A stretch of 64,000 bases of DNA from Eledone cirrhosa (lineage: Eukaryota): NCBI GenBank assembly GCA_964016885.1, contig OZ024743.1:375286001-375350000 (forward strand), written 5' to 3'. Below the pieces are notes generated by a model. It was not told where the DNA came from and ran no database searches. It saw only the letters and a program-made list of their open reading frames with translations. Positions within the stretch are counted from its first letter, which is position 1, and the number at the start of each line of letters is the position of its first letter. Positions 25,281 to 39,930 of this stretch are shown here, piece by piece. The position numbers and the translations under genes were made by a program.

Positions 25281-26119
25281 TACGTATTATCATATACATA
25301 TGTATACGTATGAAGGTTTATTTCTAGGTGTCTTGGTCTGTTTTTAGATATTTTCAATTTTCCGAACGATGCTTCTTGTGCAAGGAATCCAGATTTATTT
25401 AAGATATGCTCAACCAGGGCTAGATTAACCTTTAAGCAAAATAAGCATACATTTAAGGCATCGAGAGAAAAGGATCACAATTTCATTAAATTGTATTTGA
25501 CATTCCAAAATATCATTATAATCATTTAAGTGTTTAGGGCCTGAAAAGGACTTAATCTGGCCTTGCATACGCCATACACATTTTCATACATACATCACCG
25601 GAACTGCCATCTCGTGAACTTAACGTGTAAGTGTCTAAACATTCCACAGGCACGTGCACCCTTCACGTAGTTCTCATTGAGTTTCAGCATGACACGATGT
25701 ATGACAAGGCTGGCCAACTTGGAATACAGGTGCAACTCACTTTTGCCAGCTGAGTGAACTGCAACAATATGAAATAAAATGTCTTGCTCAAGGACACAAC
25801 ACCCCACCGGGTGCGAGAACTCACGACTTTACAATCGCAAGCCAAACACCCTAATCAATAAGCTGTGCGTTTTCACACACATTCATATATACACAAATAC
25901 GCATACGCACGTGTGCTTATATACATACATATATACATACACACAGATATTATAAATTGTACCAACAAACAAATAAACACAAATCTTCTGATAAAACTGG
26001 AAGTTGTTTGAAGTATTTTCTATCAAAACAAAATTTGTTACAAAGAAACGAGTAAATATTCAGGAAAGGAAGTTACTTGCATATACATACATACAAAGAC
26101 AAACACTCATACACGTACG

Positions 26120-26189
<70 letters not shown>

Positions 26190-26231
26190 TGTTTGTTTGT
26201 CTATGTGTCTGTGTAAGTATTTATAAACACG

Positions 26232-26265
<34 letters not shown>

Positions 26266-26326
26266 TGTATGTATGTATGTATGTATGTATGTATGTATGT
26301 ATGTATGTATGTATGTATGTATGTAT

Positions 26327-26882
26327 GGTCGGGTCGTTGGCGACTAAACTGGCAACCCCACCAAGGTTTCTTGGTGAGGAGGGTGACTTTGGACATCCTG
26401 CAGGACTAAAAACAAAACCTGTCAAAGGGCAAGGGAGCTCTTAAGACTCAATAGCCATCCAAAATCACCGGGAGAGATGACCCCTTAGCCTTTGTCAAGG
26501 CAGAATTCTAGGAGAAGGAAAACTCTGATATAACACCTGCAACCCTGATGGTATCCAATGATGTTGACTTGTTCTTCTTTTTGGTAAATATCATCTTGGT
26601 TAAGAGAGTGGGACTGGCTTTGTGCAGTGCCTTTGCTCACTATAAAAGCTTCACAGCACAGGCATTGCTTTATATCTGGAGATCTCTCTGCACTTGTCAT
26701 CACATGGTACCATGGGCCCTGCACTATGTGTCAATAATGGTCACAAATGTAGTGTTTGTACCAGAGTTTTCAAGTCGTTGGCTGGACTAAAAAGTCACAT
26801 TCGTTCAGCGCATCGGTAGGGGTTCTCCTACATGGATATAAAGTAGTGGCCGTACTCGAAAACGAGTTGGCAGCCACCACCA
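26327..26882 (+). mobile_element. Non-coding retroposon in TATG microsatellite (copy 3, most 5'-truncated)
   Basis: Reverse complement of copies 1 and 2; (TATG)n on both sides. Confidence 0.8.
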
Positions 26883-27144
26883 TGTATGTACGTATGTATG
26901 TACGTATGTATGTATGAGAAAAGTCAACAAGTAAAACCAACTCGGAATAACAATAGAATACAATGATGTTATATATTTGTTTAACTATGGATACGCGAGG
27001 AAAAGAGTCTTAACGTTCCAGACGTTAGTTCTTCAATAGAAAATAGAATGAGACTGGGGAATAGAAAGATACAAGAGTAAGAAAAGAAAGGAAACAGGAA
27101 AAAAAGATTCGGGGGAAAAATCCTCCGTGTACAGTTAGACCTAT

Positions 27145-27186
<42 letters not shown>

Positions 27187-27191
<5 letters not shown>

Positions 27192-27388
27192 AAGTGAGGT
27201 TTTTTTTACAAAATGAAACAAAAGGAGATGTCCTATACGAGTGAAAGTATAAGGAAAAAAGAGGAAATCGAAAATGCAACTGGACTCTTTTTTTTTTATA
27301 TATATATTTATTTGGTTCTTTTACCGGTTTCGCATTTCTTGTGCTTTTCAAAAGTAGAATTGTGATGGAGGGTTTGTTGTTTTTCATA
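27187..27388 (-). mobile_element. Family B short element with U3-A8 hammerhead (27318-27354) between (TA)n tracts
   Basis: Minus strand: CTT-TTGAAAA-GCA..TGC-GAAA-CCGG-TA-AAAG. The 3' end ACCTCACTTTCT-(TA)n is shared with 39890-40105. Confidence 0.75.
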
Positions 27389-27704
27389 TACATATATATA
27401 TACCTATATATATATATAGGAAAAAGTATGACCCCTTACCACAATTCCTTTGTTATATATATATATATAAAACCATTTCAGGTAAATCGTTGAAACTACA
27501 GGTAGTCTTAAATCTGATAAGCGTATCTTAATGTTTGTGATCTCTTCTCATCCATTCTATTTCTTCCTTCCTATCAATTCTTCGAGTCAACTCACTTCGA
27601 GCCACTGATTTCTGTCCTTCGAGGTAATGTTTTACACAACGCCGTTTCGAAGGCATTTTGCTGTTTTAACAGCTTCATTTCGCCGAGTATTTCCATTTTC
27701 CTAT

Positions 27705-27900
<196 letters not shown>

Positions 27901-27970
27901 TGGTAGCTATGGTGCTTCCATAGGCGGTATGCCAAAATTAGTACTCGATATTCATCAGAGTAGAGTGTAG

Positions 27971-28315
27971 ATATTATCAAGAAAACGAAAAAGCAGTGAT
28001 GCATCTGGACTTAGTTTATTTCGTGTTACAAATGTTTCGCCGGCATGTAGCTCGAGTCATGGTCCTTGTAGGGATCTGGCTGATTCTACTTCTGCGGGTT
28101 CTTTGAGACACGTCTGTTATGTCCGGAGCAAATTTTATCACTTTTATCACTGTGACAAAATTTGCTCCGGGCATAACACCCGTGTCTGAAAGAACCCGCA
28201 GAAGTAGAATCAGCCAGATCCATACAAGGACCATGACTCGAGCTACATGCCGGCGAAACATTTGTAACACGAAATAAACTAAGTCCAGATGCATCACTGA
28301 TTTTTCGTTTTCTTG

Positions 28316-28322
<7 letters not shown>
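27971..28322. mobile_element. Near-perfect fold-back element with a hammerhead-like motif in each arm (28181-28271 +, 28022-28112 -)
   Basis: Arms are reverse complements about ~28145. Plus arm: CGTGT-CTGAAAGA-..GCA GAA GTAG..CTAC A TGC..-GAAA-CATTTG-TA-ACACG. Confidence 0.75.
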
Positions 28323-28364
<42 letters not shown>

Positions 28365-28384
28365 GGAGAGAGAGAGAGAGAGAG

Positions 28385-28469
<85 letters not shown>

Positions 28470-28591
28470 GAGAATAAGAATATATATAACGATAAAGAAA
28501 GTGCTGAAGCGCAAAGATAGCTTATAAAATAGGGGAAGACCCTTATATATATATAAAAATATACATATATATATATATAAATATATATATG

Positions 28592-28622
<31 letters not shown>

Positions 28623-28776
28623 GTGTGTGTGAGTGTGTGTGTATGTGTGTGTATATATATAAATGTATGTGTGTGTGTACATGAAGTATTTGGTAACGAA
28701 CGAGTGATTTTCCAACAATTTGACAACGAAATCGTTACACCGACGAACAATTTCCCTTCGCAAATGACAAGTGAAA

Positions 28777-29105
28777 AACTGGAGTAGCGAGTTATAATTA
28801 CCGTATGTCGCCCTACAGCCTCCAACTGGAGTAGCGAGTTATAATTACCGTATGTCGCCCTACAGCCTCCAACTGGAGTAGCGAGTTATAATTACCGTAT
28901 GTCGCCCTACAGCCTCCAACTGGAGTAGCGAGTTATAATTACCGTATGTCGCCCTACAGCCTCCAACTGGAGTAGCGAGTTATAATTACCGTATATCGCC
29001 CTACAGCCTCCAACTGGAGTAGCGAGTTATAATTACCGTATGTCGCCCTATAGCCTCCAACTGGAGAGGCGAGTTATAATTACCGCATATCGCCCTACAG
29101 CCTCC
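28777..29105 (+). repeat. 47-bp minisatellite, 7 copies
   Basis: Unit AACTGGAGTAGCGAGTTATAATTACCGTATGTCGCCCTACAGCCTCC at 28777, 28824, and onward. Confidence 0.95.
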
Positions 29106-30101
29106 AACCTCCACTTTATTTCCTCATAACATTTTTAATAATTCATACGTTTTAATGAAATTTTTCCCAGATACGTTTTTCATGATGTAGATTGCGATTA
29201 ACTTGATGAAATTAAAAATAAGAATTAATTAATTTTAAGTACTCTTATTAATGTATAGTTCCGTTGCGTTCATGTACTGAATATTTTCCATTTGCGTCTG
29301 TAGTAGGTTAAACATAATTTCAGGCATTTATTATTTTTTATTTTCATGGTAGCTTTCAATTTCATGTTGATAATAATATCAAGATAATAATGAATAATAT
29401 CAACCAGGATAATGCCATAGATTTTCTACGGGTCCGCAATATCATTCCTATAACTATGAATTGCCCCAAAAAATGTTTTCTCTCTTTTTAATTTTATCAA
29501 CACAATGGAAACCTAAACTTTCGAAAATGTCTCTCTGTAATATTCTATTTCAAAATAAATATGAATCATTAAGAAAAGGTCGCTTAGGTTCTCGTACGCA
29601 AATTCTTTGTGAGTGTGTATAAGTGTTGAATTATTTTTCTTTGTTAATAATGAGTATCAAGTAAGACAAAAATAGTAAGACAACGATAAATTGAAAGAGA
29701 ATTTTTCTTTGTCTTTATTTATTCTTTCAGTTTATAACCTAATCTTAGTGTAAATGTAGAAAAACGGTGTTTCATTGTAAAATAATCACAATGTTATTTT
29801 TTGTGAATCTACTAGACTATTCCACGTTAACTGTGCTTGTAGACACTCAATATTCCAGAGTCTTTATTATAAACATATCAATCTGATTAGAGAAATATAG
29901 TATAGACGAATGTGACTAATGATACCAACATAGAACTTTGAACAAAAATAGAGGTCGTTGTTGTTAAGGATGATCCAACTAACCGCTACAATATATTGAC
30001 ATTGGACAGAAACAATCTTCTCTACAATTGCTAAACATTCAGTCAAGTAATTCTTCCGATGAGGGACATTCTGGCATTGAATAAACAGTATGACAACAGT
30101 A

Positions 30102-30153
<52 letters not shown>

Positions 30154-30423
30154 AAAAAGTTCAGGACCCCGACGGCTGCGCTCAAGCCGTTTCGACGGCT
30201 ATTTCTGGACTCAGAAATAGCCGTCGGGGTACTGAACTTTTCCTATTACCCACTCTACTACCCAAAGTATCGAGTACTCTGGTGCGTTATGGCCCACCTG
30301 GTTCCTTACCACACTTCCTTCGTTATATATATATACACATTTACATATATATATATATATATATACATGTACATATATACATACATATATATATATATAT
30401 ACATGTACACATATATATACATG

Positions 30424-30505
<82 letters not shown>

Positions 30506-30664
30506 AATATAGACATAGAATATTCGAAATATATGTATGTATATATGTACATGTATATAAGTGAGAGAATATGCTCCGAAATCATTAGACGTGTCCGTCG
30601 AATCTGCGGGTCCAGAATCAGACAGATTCACACAATGATCACGTCTCGATATATATATATATAT

Positions 30665-30967
30665 AGTGACGAAACATAAGTCAATTGCATGAACTCATAA
30701 TCCTTTATTTACTGCTATATATATTTCGATGATAGCCATTGAATGGCTATGACCTCATCCGGCAGTTAGTCAGTTCTTAGATATGCCAGCTCTGTGTTTA
30801 TAGTGTTGATGGTATCAGAGCCTTGGGACATATGAGCTTGTTAGAAATAATTCGATGTTGTCAGCAGGAATAGTCTTGATTCTCATTGGTCAGTTTGTAG
30901 ATGGTATAGGGTTGGTATTTGACCTCAAAGAGGCAGGTGGTTCTGTAAGGTTCGAACCGTCAGGCAA
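30665..30967 (-). mobile_element. Family C element between (TA)n tracts, hammerhead at 30711-30766 with a mutated core (CGGATGA)
   Basis: Highly similar to 41968-42267. Same helices as the 42014-42069 ribozyme. Confidence 0.8.
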
Positions 30968-30984
30968 TATATATATATATGTAC

Positions 30985-31159
<175 letters not shown>

Positions 31160-33076
31160 CACACCCACACATACATTCCAGACTTAGGTTGAAGAAGTTA
31201 AACAAAATGTTTTGAGTGGGTGTGCAATAAACTATGATTGATAGCATTGCATATCAGCCTTTGGCAGGAATGTGTTGCTGTCAAACGCGCATCCTATCCT
31301 CCTGGTTGTGCCTACTAACCTACAATGCGTAACATCGTCGACTGTGTGAGCATACAGAGGCTGTTGGTCGTAATTATCGCATTGCTAGCTGGGCCGCCTC
31401 AGTATCGATTCTTTATTTATTTTTTGCTGTCACCTATTAGGGGTTACTGAACTACAATGTACTCGAATATAGGCCAAGAAATATGCGACCAAAAACAATC
31501 GATGGTAGAAAGAGAGATCGACTTATATTCGAGATCAATATTTTGACGATTTTCACCAACTTCAAATTCTATGTAAATAAGGTTCTAAAATATCTGGGGT
31601 GATTATTTATAACCTTATTGTGCTTTTATTCCTTTGTTTTTATTATAGGCATTTATCTTAATTATTTATTTTAAAAGAATTCTTCATTGTTTATCGACTT
31701 TCGGGTTTGCTTGAGTGTATGGAAAGAATTGACCATATATATATATATATATATATATATTTTAACTGTGATGAATGTTTTATGGTACCGAATACATTGT
31801 TGGGGTTAAGTAGATTCGTTACTAAATGGTCCATTGTATACATATGTGTGTGTCTAACTGTATGCGTGTATGTGTGTGTGTGCGTGTGTTTTATTCTTTT
31901 ATTTGTTCCACAATGGGAGGGATTTTCTAGAACGTCTTATTGCAGCAAAGTAAAGATGCATCGAAAAGTTAAAATAAACCAAGACATTAAAAATACGGAT
32001 ACACTGACTAACGAAATAATAATGATAGTAATAATCATAAATCAATCGATAAATGAATAAATAAATAAATAAATAAATAAATAAATAGATAAATAAATAA
32101 ATAAATAAATAAATAGCTGATAGGGAAAATAGCTGACTTTATTATATATGGATCTTAGCGTAATTTTGTACGCGTAAGTGTGAAAGGGTGGACTATAAAG
32201 AGTTTATTATGGCGGTGGATTGGATCGGTAGAGGGTCGGACACCATGCTTTCTAGCATAGTTACGCCCATTTACGGTCTGAGTTCAAATCCCGTCGAGGT
32301 TAACTTTGCCTTTCATCCTTACGGGGTCGATAAAATAAAGTACCAGTAATGCACTGGGATAATTGCTGGCCTTGTGTAAAAGTAGAAACAATTATTTATT
32401 ATTATGGCATTAAAACTATCAATTTCTACAGACAATTTGTGAAAACAAATGATGTTAACAACTGAACGGAATGTATGTTTCAGCACGGATAATAAAGCTA
32501 CGTAAAAAATCTCATTTTATCTAGTGTAATTCTTTATCTATGGATAATGAAACGAAAAGTTATATGAAAGCAATACTTAGATCAATAGATTGTCTAAATT
32601 GGTGTTTCCGTGTATTATGTTAACGATCTAAAGGGTAATAAACAACTAGTGGCTGCATTGTGGTCAACAGAGTAAGTGCACTATCGGTGAAAAATATTGG
32701 TATGTCTTAAATATATTACATACTCATGATATCATTCTCATCGAGGAGTAATTACGTAAAAGCTTTCTAGCGAACGAGATTACATAACTTTCAGTTGTAC
32801 ATAAATTACATGGTTTAAAATTACAGCCATATGATTTGGTGTGTTATTATATTTTAACGAGTCAGACACTGAAATATATTTTAGCATCCATATATGTAAG
32901 GCCAGTAATTTTCTTTGTGTATGATTTCTAAGATAATTTATGTCAGCAATATCTAAATTTAAAATCATTTGAAGGTGAACTAGTATAAAGGAGAAGGAAA
33001 TGAAATCAAACGTGTACAATAGTGGATATTTTAGTGTGCATTGAGTATATGTTATCTTGATATAGATGTTTGATAT

Positions 33077-33490
33077 TGTAGTGACCTACATTCCGCGGGC
33101 TCACATACATTCTCTGTGCGTGATTTGGCTCAGTTCAGCCAATCAGCGCCAGTAGAAGAGGATGTATCCCTACGCGCCCTGAGGAAGAAATTCCCCGCGA
33201 AGATTTGAAGAACCTCTCTCTTGTACCGGAAACTTCAAGCCAGCAACATGCATAATGTAACGGTGAGATATTGCACCCTAACCTCGCCGGCTTAACGGCG
33301 CAATGGCACATTCCCTTTTGTAACCTCTTTTTATCCGTAACTTCAACCATATGAGTTAACAAACATTGTTTGTGCTACATCAAAAATAAACATACATTTC
33401 ATCTCTAATTTCTGCTGTTGAAATCATTATTATGTTACTCGTGTCTCAATAACATCTATAATCCATGCTGCTGGAATTGGCGACCTGACG
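33077..33490 (+). mobile_element. Possible LTR followed by a primer-binding site
   Basis: Starts TGTAGTG, has a GC-richer body with CCAAT and AATAAA (~33385), and is followed by TGGCGACC at 33478. Canonical terminal CA is absent. Confidence 0.3.
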
Positions 33491-33769
33491 AAAGGGATAT
33501 TGTAAATACTAAGATGGTAAATAGATCGAGGGACCTTCCCACGTCTATGTCGACAAGATAATCCAACGAGTATACTATCACTTACGACACTGGCAACTAA
33601 CGACCACTCATTCTACTTATCTGCTAAAGTAACGTTTCGCCACGAAGGCTAAAATATCATAGAGATGAATATGTATGTAACCGAGAGATTATATGAAGTT
33701 TCTTGATGCGAGCTTGTTCACGGTGCTGGTTTGTGATCTAGAAAGTTTGTGTTCGTAAGATAGCGCACA

Positions 33770-34140
33770 TTTTTTGTTTAATGCAGCAAGTAGTAAAGAA
33801 CTTACTTTTAGAATGTAGATACTCATTGGATGATCTTAGTCCTTGGAGAATTCTGGTGTTTTTGTTGGTGCAAAGTTCGCATCTTTTAGTTCTAGAGATA
33901 TATGATTTGAACTTTTCTAGTACTTTCTATTTTAATTGTGAAATATGCTTCTGTCTTTCAAACTCATACACAATTTGCTGGAATAGTGGAGGATCTCATC
34001 GCTGGATGTTTGAAAGACGAAGCATGTTGGTAAAGACTTTCTTTAAAGATACCTTCTACCAGACCAACATATAGTTTCTTGCTCACTGTCTAGTTGGCTG
34101 CCCCAGGCGTAACATCTGCCCTGTATACAATCGACTTAAT
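33770..34140 (-). pseudogene. Decayed Penelope-like GIY-YIG endonuclease region
   Basis: Minus-strand translation gives YVGLVEGIFKESLYQHASSFKH and KVLEKFKSYISRTKRCELC, matching the PLE pattern YIG.T...FK.R...H..SF / Y....KRC.LC. Confidence 0.6.
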
Positions 34141-34426
34141 GTTACATCTCTGGTCTTGTAGGCATCCATCCTATAATTTTCCTGCGTAAGCATCTTAAAA
34201 CATCGTGCAATTTAGGTCACGTATATTTACTTTTAAAACGTTTAAAACAATTTTTATTTATTTATCTTTTTTCTTTCAGATACCTTAAATTGTAATTCAC
34301 GTGAAATAACATAAGAATCACGCAATTTATCGAGTTGGTCTTATATGTGTGTGTGTGTGTGACAGCTCACACCTATGCAGGTTTAGCTGGCCTCCTCCAA
34401 GGTATATCTCGTTGGAGGTGTCTTGG

Positions 34427-34468
<42 letters not shown>

Positions 34469-34588
34469 ACGCACACACACACACACACATAAGGCTTCCG
34501 GAAGAACCACAGCTAAGCGTTTACCCCTTATGCAAGTTCACCGATGGATTTTGAAACCATAGCCTATGATGCAATATCGTGTATGATT

Positions 34589-34654
<66 letters not shown>

Positions 34655-35577
34655 TGTGTATTTAAATTTACTGTTTGGTTATGTCCTGTTACCTAGCAGT
34701 TTAAGATATAAAGATCAATAAAATAAATACCACGCTTTTAAAAAATAATATGATCGAGTAAAATGATTTGGAAATGATGCCCCAGTATGGCCGGAGTCTG
34801 AGGAGTAAAACCAGGGAAGTAATACAAGGATGATAGTTTTACTCCATCTTAAGCACAGTTCAATTGAATTCAATACAAACCTTTAGGCATTCTAGATAAT
34901 TCTAACAAGAATGTTTTCTCATCTTTGCCTATGTTTGTAGCCTGCATTTTCCAGCTAAATTATTTTTCAGAGTCGTGTAACATGATTACTATTACAGAGG
35001 CGTAACTATTGGAGTTATTAGTGATGTTTGTGAGAAACTTTCAACATCTACAGTGTCAATTGCTTGAGGCCTCCGGACGTAAAGATCCGAGTTGTAGTTT
35101 ACGCAGATTTAGCATTGAATAATTTTATTCCACTAGCTGACAATATGGAGTATTGTTTTCATTTAATTGCAATTCACAACACCGTGAAACTACCATAGAT
35201 TTTAAACACACACACTCACTTGTATATACATATATATATAGAGAGAGAGGGGGAGGATAGAGGGCGAAAGAGAAAGCGAGAGAGAGAGAATATTGTATAG
35301 AAACTATCGAAGCAATGGGCAATTTGAAATTCTTTAGAAAAACTAAACAGAAAATAACAGTGAACCTAGTCGATAGCTGTAAATATTAGCTTAGAAAAGC
35401 GGATAAAAAATAGCCCCATGGACAGCAGTGACCAGCAGCTGTTACGGAGGGTCAAACTATGTGTCTATCTAATTATGAGCAAATAATTTAATCATTGAGC
35501 AAAGATGCCTCAGGCCATCAATTCCGCATGAATTAATAGTTATACTGAACAGCTTGGATGTTAACAAACATCTATAC

Positions 35578-35648
<71 letters not shown>

Positions 35649-35661
35649 CGTGTATATATAC

Positions 35662-35726
<65 letters not shown>

Positions 35727-35749
35727 CGTGTATATATGCGTGTGTATAA

Positions 35750-35809
<60 letters not shown>

Positions 35810-35983
35810 GTGTATATATGCGTGTATATATATGTACATATATATATATATATATATATGTAGGAGGTGAGTTTTATTGTAGTACAATAAAGCAATGCAG
35901 ATCGGATAAGAAGCACTCTACAGTTTGTAGGACTGGAGTATACATAATATAATATCAAAAGATGGTTAAAGGAGTTCCATGTA

Positions 35984-36050
35984 TTTTATTATGCGCATTT
36001 CAAAAACAAACATCATCATGCAATAATATTTGTGTTTTCATCAGATAAAA
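35984..36050 (-). ncRNA. Type I hammerhead ribozyme (family D)
   Basis: Reverse complement of 36255-36321. Confidence 0.85.
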
Positions 36051-36254
36051 CAGGAGAACATGATACTATCTCTTTCTCTCTATCACCCATCTCTCCCTCT
36101 CATCTCCTCCCCTTTTTCATCCTTTCCACCGCCCCCCCTCTCTAAATAAAATATTTTCCCAATATCACACATCAATCTAAAACCACTTTTCATATGTTGA
36201 TTTAAAACTACACTATCCACAAGTGTTTTTTAGCCTTCATATCATGTTCTCCTG

Positions 36255-36321
36255 TTTTATCTGATGAAAACACAAATATTATTGCATGATGATGTTTGTT
36301 TTTGAAATGCGCATAATAAAA
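36255..36321 (+). ncRNA. Type I hammerhead ribozyme (family D), canonical core
   Basis: TTTTAT-CTGATGA-AAAC ACAAATATTA..TGATGTTTGT TTTT-GAAA-TGCGCA-TA-ATAAAA. Palindromic ATGCGCAT helix III, AUA site. Confidence 0.9.
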
Positions 36322-36352
36322 TACATGGAACTCCTTTAACCATCTTTTGATC

Positions 36353-36399
<47 letters not shown>

Positions 36400-36749
36400 G
36401 TTCGCTGAGTTAAACACTCGATGCAGTTACAAGGTCCGTTTAATGTTGGGTTGTATACTTCAACAGCATTCTAATAAATATTGCCTGTACGAGTAATCAA
36501 ATTGTGTATACATTTTTGAGGGACAGCCTGTATATATAGCGGGATATAATTAAGAGCTTCAATTGCCTAATCTTAAATGTAAATACATCTGGAATAATAC
36601 AAAGCTAGCCACGAACTCAACAAATGTAATCCACAAATCCACATACGACATCACGGACCAGACATATATCGTTTTGAAACATATTTTAAAAGGTCGTGTG
36701 AGTGAATTTTACTTTTCCTTGTGTGGTATGAGTCTGGTGAGTGATGTTG

Positions 36750-36788
<39 letters not shown>

Positions 36789-37430
36789 CTGTGTGTGTGA
36801 ATGTATGTGTGTGAGTGGGTTATGTGGGTGTATGTCTGTGTGGGTGTGGGTGTCTGTGTGAGTGTATGTGTGTGTGTGTCTGTGTGTGTGTGTGTGTGGG
36901 TATCTGTGGGTATCTGTGGGTGTCTGTCTGTCTGTGTGTGTGTGCCTGTATGGGTGTCTGTGTGAGTGAGTGTTTGTGTGTGTGGGTGTGTGTGTGTGTG
37001 TGGGTGTCTGTCTGTGTCTGTGTGAGTGTATGTGTGTGTGTCTGTGTGTGTGTGTCTGAGTATCTGCGGTGTGGGTGGGTGTATGTGGGTGTCTGTGTGT
37101 GTGTGTGAAACGAAATGTCATTTCCCACTCTTAGTACGGCTGTTACTTAAATATGTGTAAGTATGTATATGTACATACATATATGTATACAGACGTACAG
37201 TAGTATGTATATATATACATACATGCACACATATATATATATGTACGTATGGATTCACCGAACATTTATTATAATGCTCGGTTACATACTTATATATATA
37301 TATATATTTCGTTTCTGAATTTGTTTAGCAAGATTCTTTATCTGAAAACGTGTGTTGAAACCGATATTGTTATGCTTTGGGAGGGTTGCTAAACAAAGGA
37401 GAGGCACAAAAACAAAGAAAAGAATCCCCA

Positions 37431-37473
37431 GTCACTGAAGAGGTCACAGAATGTGTGACGAAAGAACTTTGAT
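37431..37473 (+). ncRNA. Hammerhead-like motif in a (TA)n-flanked element (~37305-37625)
   Basis: GTCA-CTGAAGA-G GTCACA GAATG TGTGAC-GAAA-GAAC-TT-TGAT. Helix III is degenerate. The element carries a ~24-bp inverted copy of its 3' end at ~37364. Confidence 0.55.
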
Positions 37474-37617
37474 AATATATGAACAACCGTCCGGTTGTGG
37501 AACCAACCAACCGGAAATTTATAAATTCTTAAATTTCTAAATTTAATTTATAATCAATTGGAGTGAAAGCAGCTGGTGCGTGTGTTTCTTATTGGCAACA
37601 TGACCCTCCCAAAGCAT

Positions 37618-37673
<56 letters not shown>

Positions 37674-37697
37674 GTGTGTGTGTGTGTGTGTGTATAA

Positions 37698-37744
<47 letters not shown>

Positions 37745-38664
37745 TGTGTGTGTGTGTCTGTGTCTGTGTCTATGTCTGTGTGTGCGTATGTGTGTGTGTG
37801 CGTGTGCGTGTGGATGAGCGTGGTTGTATTTGTATGTATATATATATATATAGAGAGAGAGTGAGAGAGTGAGAGAGAGAGTGTGAGAGAGAGAGAAATG
37901 TATGTTTGTAAATATGTGTGTTTGTATGTGCATTAAAATTGCCCTCTGTGGTTGTCATATTTGTAAATATTATGTTTCGGTATTGATCAATGACTTTCCA
38001 TCTGCCATTTAAACACGTCCAGTAGATTTATTGCAAACCATAGAAATAATTCCTCAATCAATATTGCTTGGCAGTTGATGAATTCAAAAGCTGAGTTCTG
38101 CTAGACCTTCTGATACCAAGGAATTAAATCCCAGATAGATTATATACAAGTAGTTTTTCCCGAAGGCAGCAAATTGGCAGAGTCATTAGAACATCAGGTG
38201 GATTATTTTGCGGTATTTATTCCAACTCCCTGTGTTGTGAATTCAAAACCAGGTGAGGTCAACAACCTTCCACAATCGATAAAAGCAATATCAGTCCAGT
38301 ACTGGGATCGATTCTTCCTCTATACCTCTTTTCTTTCTCACATCATCTATATCGTAGTCTCTCTCCTTCACTGGGAGAAACCAGCTGTGCTCAGACTTGG
38401 CGAGGAGAAGGGCTCTACCAAGTTTATAGTACCCATATGACGCCGTTTCTCACTACAGCACATATACGACTCCAGTTACGGCTCCATACATCTCTCCCGA
38501 AAATGTCACACCTTATATGACACATGGTTTATATCCTGTTTTGTTTGCTTTCTTATATTTTTCGTATAGTTGTAGAGAATCCAGTTCAACATAAATCTAT
38601 TTTCATATTTGTTGCATTGTGTTGTTCAGCTACTTCATTTTTATTTATCATTTATTTCGTATAT

Positions 38665-38717
<53 letters not shown>

Positions 38718-39265
38718 CATATACGTGGGGGGGGGGGCGTCTTTATGTTTATGTGTACTGTTAGTCCTACAAGAAGATATTGAAAGAATAGGTACCAAAC
38801 CCCCAAAAATTCTTACTGGGATTAATATGATCGACTAAATCTCTTCATAGTGATACTCCAGAATGGCCGCAATCTATTGGATGAAATCTGGGAATGAATC
38901 AAAGAATATATGAATAACTGTTGTGTATTTGTTTACTATATTTGGCTTCATCCATTTTGAACAAAGATGGTCTCAACATTCAAAAGAAATTTGAAATAAA
39001 TTTATAGATATACAAAATTGTTCAGAAGGAAAAAATACTAATATGTTAGAGATAGCAAGGAATTTCTCACTTTTACGTCATGAATCTATATCCTTCTAGA
39101 TAGAGCGTTATAACGCTGGATAGAGCGTTATAACGCTGGATAGAAAGCTTTGCTGTGTTATTTCGGACTTTCTGAGCTCAAAGTTCAAATCCCGCCGAGG
39201 TCAACTGTGAATTTCATCCTTTCGAGGTCGATAAAAAAATAACATTCCAGTACTGAATTCTCTCA

Positions 39266-39300
<35 letters not shown>

Positions 39301-39378
39301 TCTCTCTCTTTCTTTCTTTCTTTCTTTCTCTCTCTCTCTATCTCTCTCTCTTATAGATATATATATACATATATATAC

Positions 39379-39458
<80 letters not shown>

Positions 39459-39839
39459 CCCTCTCTCTCCCCTCTCTGGAAGAAATCTGTTGAGTTCAGA
39501 CATAGAGAGAGATGGGGATGGGCTTCACCATGTTTAAAATGCCCAAGCTATACTACATGACTCTACAGAGCCCCTAATAAGATACGGGTTAATAGATGCA
39601 TACATCGTTCTCGGTCTAGCTTGGTAAATAGAACGTAAACAACCTTAAATATACAAGATTTTATAGCAGTAGACAATTGTTCATTTCGTATGGTTAATAT
39701 ATTGAGAACTGACAGTTTTATATCTCTCTAGATTATATGATGAATGAATGCATCAGCTATATACGTTGTTCGCAAAAGAAATGTTGAGCTAGGCTACATT
39801 TGAAATAATACACTCTCATTCTTTTGATATTATGTTTAC

Positions 39840-39895
<56 letters not shown>

Positions 39896-39930
39896 TGTGA
39901 GAAAAACCACAGACCCTCCATCTCAACTCA

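Larger units (their letters stand above)
35860..36355. mobile_element. Family D fold-back element between (TA)n tracts with two inverted hammerheads
   Basis: ~35955-36064 is the reverse complement of ~36240-36351. A single-orientation homologue lies at ~41535-41800. Confidence 0.85.

Noticed and set aside
27468-27525. GAAA-CTAC AG GTAG-TC followed by CTGATAA
   Set aside because: It looks like a helix III + GUC half-site next to (TA)n, but no convincing helix I or II can be drawn.
33620-33670. GCCTTCGTGGC-GAAACGTTAC (minus) downstream of the decayed GIY-YIG relic
   Set aside because: No intact CTGANGA or helix I; at most a ribozyme fossil.
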